In this document: positions 58,359-64,000 of the stretch, piece by piece
Layout: the number at the start of each line of letters is the position of its first letter
Position numbering within the stretch: the stretch's first letter is position 1
From: Phycisphaerae bacterium
GTDB taxonomy: Bacteria > Planctomycetota > Phycisphaerae > UBA1845
Reading direction: 5' to 3'
Assembly: GCA_963666835.2 (NCBI GenBank)
Contig: CAXXGO010000006.1
Coordinates: 1,536,001-1,600,000, forward strand
DNA: 64,000 bases
Notes under the pieces: generated by a model
The model's input: only the letters and a program-made list of their open reading frames with translations
The model's database searches: none
What the model was told of the DNA's origin: nothing
Translations under genes and position numbers: made by a program

Positions 58359-60572
58359 ATGAACCCGCTGAAGAAGGGCTGTTACATAGCTCGGTACCTG
58401 GGCCCGAGAGTAGTGGGGCTGCGAGCGAGGGTGTATCTGGCCAATGCGTTGGGGTCCACCCGTCGCGCATTCCGTCCCAGGCCGTGGGAGGATATCGACC
58501 TCGCCTCGGTAATGTCGCGGCAAGTCCCCACCGATCCGGCGGACTATGCCCTTTTCAAGCGCGGCGACCCACCTGAGTTCCTGTTTTCCCTTGGAGAGCC
58601 GCCGGTAGTTCCGCAGGAAATGCAAGATTCAGATAGTGAGCGCACCCCGCCACTAGATGCCCGGCTGGATCTGCTAGCTGAGAACAGGTGTGTTTACTTC
58701 ATGTACACCCCGTCCCCGGAGGCGATCGACTGGCACCACAGTCCCTTCGACGATACTCGCGGCGCCTCCGACAAGATGTGGTGCGAAATCCCGGATTTCG
58801 ATCCGGCTCAGGGTGATCTGCGGGTGCTCTGGGAACCGTCGCGTGCGGCGTGGTCGATCGACTTAGCCCGCGGGCGGGCTCGTCGACTGGATACGGCTAC
58901 GGGGGAGCTCTTCTGGACATGGTGGGACTCCTGGATGGCGGCCAATCAACCGTTTCAGGGGGTCAATTGGAAGTGCGGGCAGGAGAGTTCGGTGCGGATG
59001 ATCGCGGCGGGGCTGGGGTTCTGGGCTATGGCCAACGACCCGGCGACCACGGCGGAGCGCTGGATGCAATTCGCGCGGCTGGCCTGGGCAACCGGATATC
59101 GCGTTGCCCGCCACATCGGCTATGCGGTCTCTCAAAAGAACAACCACGCCCTGTCGGAAGCGTGCGGTCTTCTGCTGATCAGCCACCTCTTTCCTGAGTT
59201 TCGGGCGGCGCGGCGGTGGGGGGCCACCGGTCGTAAGGTCCTGGCGTCGGAGTTGCGGCGGCAGGTGTACGAGGACGGCAGTTACGTTCAGCACTCCATG
59301 AACTACCACCGGGTAATGCTGCACGTGTCGCTCCTGGGGTTGCGGTTGGGGGAGCTGGCCGGCGATCCGTTTGACCGCGACCTGTACGATCGCATCGGGC
59401 GCGCGGGGGAGTTTCTGCACCAGGTGATGGACGTCGACACCGGGCGGGTTCCGAATTACGGTCACAACGACGGCGCCGATGTACTTCCCTTAAGCGAATG
59501 TGATTTTACGGATTACCGTCCGGTAGTGCAGGCCGCCCACTTCCTGGCTACCGGTCGGCGTCTTCTTCCGACCGGACCGTGGGACGAGGATCTGCTCTGG
59601 CTATTCGGGCCCGCGGCGCTGGAGGCGGATCGCGACGAACACCCGCAACCGGTCTCCACCGGGTTTGAGGTCGGCGGCTACTACACGTTGCGCCGAGACG
59701 ATAGTTGGGCGATGATCCGTTGCCACACCTACCGGGACCGACCGAGCCACGTTGATCCGTTGCACTTGGATCTGTGGTGGCGGGGGCTAAATATTCTCAG
59801 GGACTGCGGGACATATCAGTACTATATCCCCGGGCGGGGGGACATTGAACGTTATTTCAAGTCGATCGCCGGGCACAACACGGTTGAGATTGACGGGCGA
59901 GACCCGATCGAGCTGGTATCGCGCTTTCTGTGGCTGCCGTGGCCCAAAGCCCGCGTGCGGCACTACGAGCCCAGGAACGTGGCGGCTAAGTGGTTTGAAG
60001 GTGAGGCCAGGGACTACGAACGGTGCGGACTGGGCGTGCGGCACCGTCGGGCTTTGGTGGGGCTGGCCGGCAATGTCTGGGTCATTATCGACGACCTGTT
60101 TGCGCGTAAGTGGCATCGCGCAACTGTGCGGTGGCACCTCTTGGACGCGCCGTGGGAAGAGCAACCGGACGAGCATTCCATTGTGCTGTCGACATCCGAA
60201 GGGAAGCTCGCTTTGGCGTTCGAGGGTGATCCGGCTTCTGCGGAGCGGTTGGCCGTGGTGCGGGGTTGCGACGCTCCGGGCGAAGTGCAGGGTTTCGGTT
60301 CCTTATATTATGGGCGGCGCGATCCGATCCCGACGGTGGAAGCGACTTTCGCCATTTCCTGGCCTCAGAGGGTTGTGACCGTGGTGGCTCCGGGGGAGAC
60401 GGCCTCGGCGAGCTGCACCGAGCGTACCGACCAGACCCAACGCTGGGAGATCAAAGCCGACGGAGATGCGTGGATTATGGATCTGGCCAAGCCGGATCGT
60501 GTTGCCGAACGAATAATCCTCGATCACCACGCCGCTGCTGACGAGGCTACGGATTCCGAAGCGGGGTCATAG
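58359..60572 (+). CDS. heparinase II/III-family protein
   Basis: WEPSR, NNHALSEA, DGSYVQHSMNYH, GHNDG, HVDPLH, GHNTV. Confidence 0.9.
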   Translation: MNPLKKGCYIARYLGPRVVGLRARVYLANALGSTRRAFRPRPWEDIDLASVMSRQVPTDPADYALFKRGDPPEFLFSLGEPPVVPQEMQDSDSERTPPLDARLDLLAENRCVYFMYTPSPEAIDWHHSPFDDTRGASDKMWCEIPDFDPAQGDLRVLWEPSRAAWSIDLARGRARRLDTATGELFWTWWDSWMAANQPFQGVNWKCGQESSVRMIAAGLGFWAMANDPATTAERWMQFARLAWATGYRVARHIGYAVSQKNNHALSEACGLLLISHLFPEFRAARRWGATGRKVLASELRRQVYEDGSYVQHSMNYHRVMLHVSLLGLRLGELAGDPFDRDLYDRIGRAGEFLHQVMDVDTGRVPNYGHNDGADVLPLSECDFTDYRPVVQAAHFLATGRRLLPTGPWDEDLLWLFGPAALEADRDEHPQPVSTGFEVGGYYTLRRDDSWAMIRCHTYRDRPSHVDPLHLDLWWRGLNILRDCGTYQYYIPGRGDIERYFKSIAGHNTVEIDGRDPIELVSRFLWLPWPKARVRHYEPRNVAAKWFEGEARDYERCGLGVRHRRALVGLAGNVWVIIDDLFARKWHRATVRWHLLDAPWEEQPDEHSIVLSTSEGKLALAFEGDPASAERLAVVRGCDAPGEVQGFGSLYYGRRDPIPTVEATFAISWPQRVVTVVAPGETASASCTERTDQTQRWEIKADGDAWIMDLAKPDRVAERIILDHHAAADEATDSEAGS

Positions 60573-61799
60573 GCTTCGACCGCCGCGGTGGGCTGCTTCG
60601 AGCGTGTCGACGAACATCGCACCGAGCTGATCGCGAGAGAACTGGGCTTCGGCGAGCTGTCGAGCCCGTGCGCCCATTCCCGGGAGTTCGTCCCGATGGT
60701 CCCGTAGCCAGACCACGGCATCGGCGAATGCGGTGGGATCGTCGGGGCGGACCACCATGCCGCAACGATGTTCGGAGATCATCTCCGCCAGCCAGCCGGG
60801 GTAGTTGTTGAGCACGGGCAGCCCGCAAGCGATATAGTCAAAGAACTTGTTGGGCGAAGTACCATAATAGAACGACGGGAGATTACGCAGGATCATCAGG
60901 CCGACGTCCATCTGGGGCAGGACCGAAGCGAGTTCGTTTTTGGGGATCGACGGCACCCAACTTGTCATCGGGTCGAGCCCTTCTTGGCGACTTCGCTCGA
61001 CGAGTCGGTCACGCTGGCTTCCTTGCCCGATGAAGATGAAGCGGAACCCGTTCTCGCCCCGGCGCTGGAGTTCGGCGATAGCGTCCAATACCGCATCGAG
61101 ACCGTTAGCCAGGCCGTGAGCCCCGGTGAACACAAGCCGGAACTCGTCCGCGGAGCCGAACCGCTCGTCGATCGGAGCGCCGTCTTGGGGTTTGAACAGA
61201 TCGAGATCGCATCCGTTCGGGATCATCGGGACCCGGTCTTTGGGATACCCGGTGCTGCAGATTCCGTCTTTGATTCCGGGAGAAAGAGCGATAATCCGCT
61301 CTGCCGCCCGGTAGATCTTCCGCTCCAGGCGGCGCGTGTACCAGATCAGCCCCGGATTCCGGATCACGTCGAGAGCGATCGCTATTTCTGGCCAGAGATC
61401 CCGTACCTCAAAGACGAACGGGACTTTCAGTCGCTTGGCCCCCTTCATTCCGGGCAATCCGACGGTAAGCGGCGTTGATGTGGCGAAGACGAGGTCGGCG
61501 TCTAGCCGGCCGACGAGTTTGCCCGCGGTTTTGGCGAACCCCAGAAAGGCACGCACTCGGCGGGTGAAGCTCATTCGGTTTCCGTAGGGCTCGGCGATCC
61601 GCAACACGCGGATTCCATCGATGTCGTGTTCGGTTACCCGGTCCGATCCGCCCTGGCCCGGGTCGCCCACGTCGTAAGCGCCGCAGAGCATGGTGACTTT
61701 GTGTCCCGCTTTCATTAGGCGCAGGCTCATCTCGTATGACCGGGTCCCCGTTGCCCCGGATTTGGTCGAGAAGTGCTGATGGAGATAGGCTACATGCAT
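60567..61799 (-). CDS. GT4 glycosyltransferase (WbuB-like)
   Basis: ATSTPL, FEVRDLWPE, TGAHGLANGL, SPNKFFDY. Confidence 0.93.
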   Translation of the reverse strand: MHVAYLHQHFSTKSGATGTRSYEMSLRLMKAGHKVTMLCGAYDVGDPGQGGSDRVTEHDIDGIRVLRIAEPYGNRMSFTRRVRAFLGFAKTAGKLVGRLDADLVFATSTPLTVGLPGMKGAKRLKVPFVFEVRDLWPEIAIALDVIRNPGLIWYTRRLERKIYRAAERIIALSPGIKDGICSTGYPKDRVPMIPNGCDLDLFKPQDGAPIDERFGSADEFRLVFTGAHGLANGLDAVLDAIAELQRRGENGFRFIFIGQGSQRDRLVERSRQEGLDPMTSWVPSIPKNELASVLPQMDVGLMILRNLPSFYYGTSPNKFFDYIACGLPVLNNYPGWLAEMISEHRCGMVVRPDDPTAFADAVVWLRDHRDELPGMGARARQLAEAQFSRDQLGAMFVDTLEAAHRGGRSL

Positions 61800-62867
61800 T
61801 ATTAAGAGGGACCCTCGATTCTGTGGCGTCAGCGACCTCGGCGAGGCGAACAACGCAGAAACCGGCCGGCGTTGTTCTGACATACTGTTACCGGACCGGC
61901 TTTCATCGGAGTGTAGTCCATGCGGGTTAAGGAGGCGAGTGGGACAAAGCCGTAGCGATGGTTACGCCGTTGACCGGCGCCCCCGAGGATGCTCGGTCGG
62001 TTAGGTTTGCTGTGGTTCCGGCGGTTTGTAGCGTGTTCGAACGATCGCGGCTGCAGGTGTTCGCTGTTAAGGCAGGTGTTTCGAATCCGGATTACCACCA
62101 TCCGTAGCCGTGCGTTTCGGTTGATTGGCGGGCGCTTGTATTCGACTGGAGCTGATATGGGGATACCCCACCTGTCGCTTGCGCGCCTTTATGGGGCGAG
62201 ACCTCCAGTATTACCGGTCTATGTCAATTTAGGGTACTAAAGTCGTAGCACTGTACGACCGACAATCGCCCATGGAGTACGAGGTCGTGCGCCCGGAAAT
62301 CGGGGCACGTCTTCAGATGAGTCGGGCCATCGTCGTAAGTGTTTGGATAATAGTAGTTTAGCGTGCAATCGGCGTTCGGAGGGGATCGGTTTGCGATGTT
62401 CCTCCGCGGGATTCCCGTGCGATGCCGCAACCCAACTTAAGGGGCGGTAACAATGTTGATATGCCCCCAATTTCCCATTTTTTTTCTTGTAACGGGGGAC
62501 GTTCGTGCCCATAATGGCGATAACGTGCGAAGTTCCGCGTGCCCGCGTTCAGCGCTGGAGGCTGGCTGCGCGGTGTGTTTCGCGTCGTTGGAGCGCGGCG
62601 TTAGGGAGGATATGGAAGGTTTCTTGCGGCAGACGGATTGTCGTGGGTTTACGAGTAGGAGGAAACGGAGCGTAAGGAGATGGGAAAGGAGTCGGTTGCC
62701 TCGCCTTTCTCAATCTCCGGGTCTTGGAATCGGAGTGCAATGGTACGCAAGACGGGTCGGTTTTGTGGCGGCGGTGTGTCAGGGCCGTGTCTGCGGGGTC
62801 GACATTGGTATTTCGGATTAGCGAGGAAGGCAGTACTCACGTGTCTCATTTTGGAAAGGGAAGGGCT

Positions 62868-64000
62868 ATGCGAGCGAGGATAGGCATTTCATGTCTAGTC
62901 TGTATGGGCGTCATTTTTGGCGCCGGCTTCGCGATGGCCGCGGGAAACCACGCCGTACAAATTGCGGTGATGGATGCCAGCGGAAATCTCGTGCCGGATG
63001 CTACGGTGACGTGGAACGACGTTAAGGCGGCGAGTTCCGCGGACGGCCTGTTGGTCGTCAAGGGAGTGGACAGCAAGGGTCTGGTGGAGATCGCCACGGT
63101 CTTTGGGACGGCTTCCACGATTGTGGATCTGCCGGCCGGCGAAGAGGCGATGGTAGTCATCCATGTGAGCGAAGGCACGGCCGTAGCCGAAGTGACGGAT
63201 GGCGAGCACTGGCAGGCCGGGTCGTATGCGGGCCTCGGTCTCACTAACGGCAAGCCGACGGTGTCATCGGCCAGCGGTCACTCGCTGCGAACCACGGATA
63301 AGCCGTTCGTGCAGTCGCGTCATGCTGATTCGGACGTCAAGGGCGCTCCGACCATCGAGCATGACCCGGCGGTCTCGATGCAGGGTGGCGAAGATTGTGC
63401 CTCGGCGGTGACTCTGTCTGGCGCACTGCCGATCACGATCACCGGAACGACCACGGGGTTCGCCGATGACTACAACGAGGTTTGCGACTACACCGAACTG
63501 GGCGGCTTGGACGTCGTTTACGTCTATTCGCCGACCGTTACCGGTGAGTATGACCTCAACCTTTGCGAATCGGGCTTCGATACGAAGTTGTATGTGTACG
63601 AGGACGACTGCTCGGCAGCTTTCCATGCGTGCAACGACGATGCCTGCAGCAACAGCCTCCTTGAGCCGTATCGTTCGTTCCTCTCCTGTGTGCCGATGAC
63701 GGTTGGTCACGATTACTACATCGTGGTTGATGCGTACGGTGCGGGTGAAGAGGGCGACTACGAGCTGGTTCTCTCCGAATGCGATCCGCCGGAGCCAATC
63801 GAGTGCCCGGCCGATACGCTGAACAACCCCGCGATCGGTCAGCCGGCGTACACGACTGCTGACTCGTGGGCTGCGGGTACGACGGATGAGGCCCTCGGCT
63901 ACATCCGCTACGACAGCTTCTCGGACCTGATGGGTCGTATTGAGACGGTCCATTTCTGGGGGCTGAACGGCTACTACGACGGCGGCTGGGCCGGTTGCAC
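62868..64000 (+). CDS. large secreted protein, truncated by the window end
   Basis: Hand translation MRARIGISCLVCMGVIFGAGFAMA...QGGEDCASAV...FDTKLYV...ACNDD; purine-rich RBS; absent from the ORF track because it has no stop in the window. Confidence 0.85.
   Translation, partial: MRARIGISCLVCMGVIFGAGFAMAAGNHAVQIAVMDASGNLVPDATVTWNDVKAASSADGLLVVKGVDSKGLVEIATVFGTASTIVDLPAGEEAMVVIHVSEGTAVAEVTDGEHWQAGSYAGLGLTNGKPTVSSASGHSLRTTDKPFVQSRHADSDVKGAPTIEHDPAVSMQGGEDCASAVTLSGALPITITGTTTGFADDYNEVCDYTELGGLDVVYVYSPTVTGEYDLNLCESGFDTKLYVYEDDCSAAFHACNDDACSNSLLEPYRSFLSCVPMTVGHDYYIVVDAYGAGEEGDYELVLSECDPPEPIECPADTLNNPAIGQPAYTTADSWAAGTTDEALGYIRYDSFSDLMGRIETVHFWGLNGYYDGGWAGC

Noticed and set aside
61900..62860. ORFs or ncRNA in long intergenic regions (also 11520-12390 and 42730-43800)
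   Set aside because: No convincing coding signal or RNA family motif recognised by eye; an Rfam scan would be needed

Overview
High-GC bacterial window. The ECF sigma/Ser-Thr kinase pair, dockerin-bearing Cys-rich secreted proteins and GC-TM-Arg tails suggest Planctomycetota, possibly Phycisphaerae (inference). Core genes include an archaeal-type gatD, an HDOD protein, two giant surface proteins, tRNA-Pro(CGG), an oppD-like ATPase, an SPFH protein, fbaB, two bactofilins, PhzF and DAG-kinase family genes, a ferredoxin-Rieske/split cytochrome b operon, tRNA-Tyr(GTA), metF, an S8 protease and surface-glycan genes. Mobile DNA comprises a group II intron inserted cleanly into a 178-bp repeat, GTAG-type REP/REPIN arrays interrupted by an IS4-family element (9-bp TSD), and an IS1111-type IS110 element with four candidate bridge-RNA guides and a predicted circle-junction promoter. 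The most unusual feature is a ~10.7-kb island (about 30703-41389). It is bounded by inverted, reiterated GGTTCTGCGC motifs and carries a Mu-like capsid (gpT), a Mu-like protease/scaffold, a tape-measure-like gene, an RHH regulator behind overlapping divergent promoters and two HEPN-motif cargo genes. I recognise no integrase, Mu-type transposase, terminase or portal in it. It is a candidate non-autonomous satellite of a Mu-like phage; a decayed prophage cannot be excluded from sequence alone.
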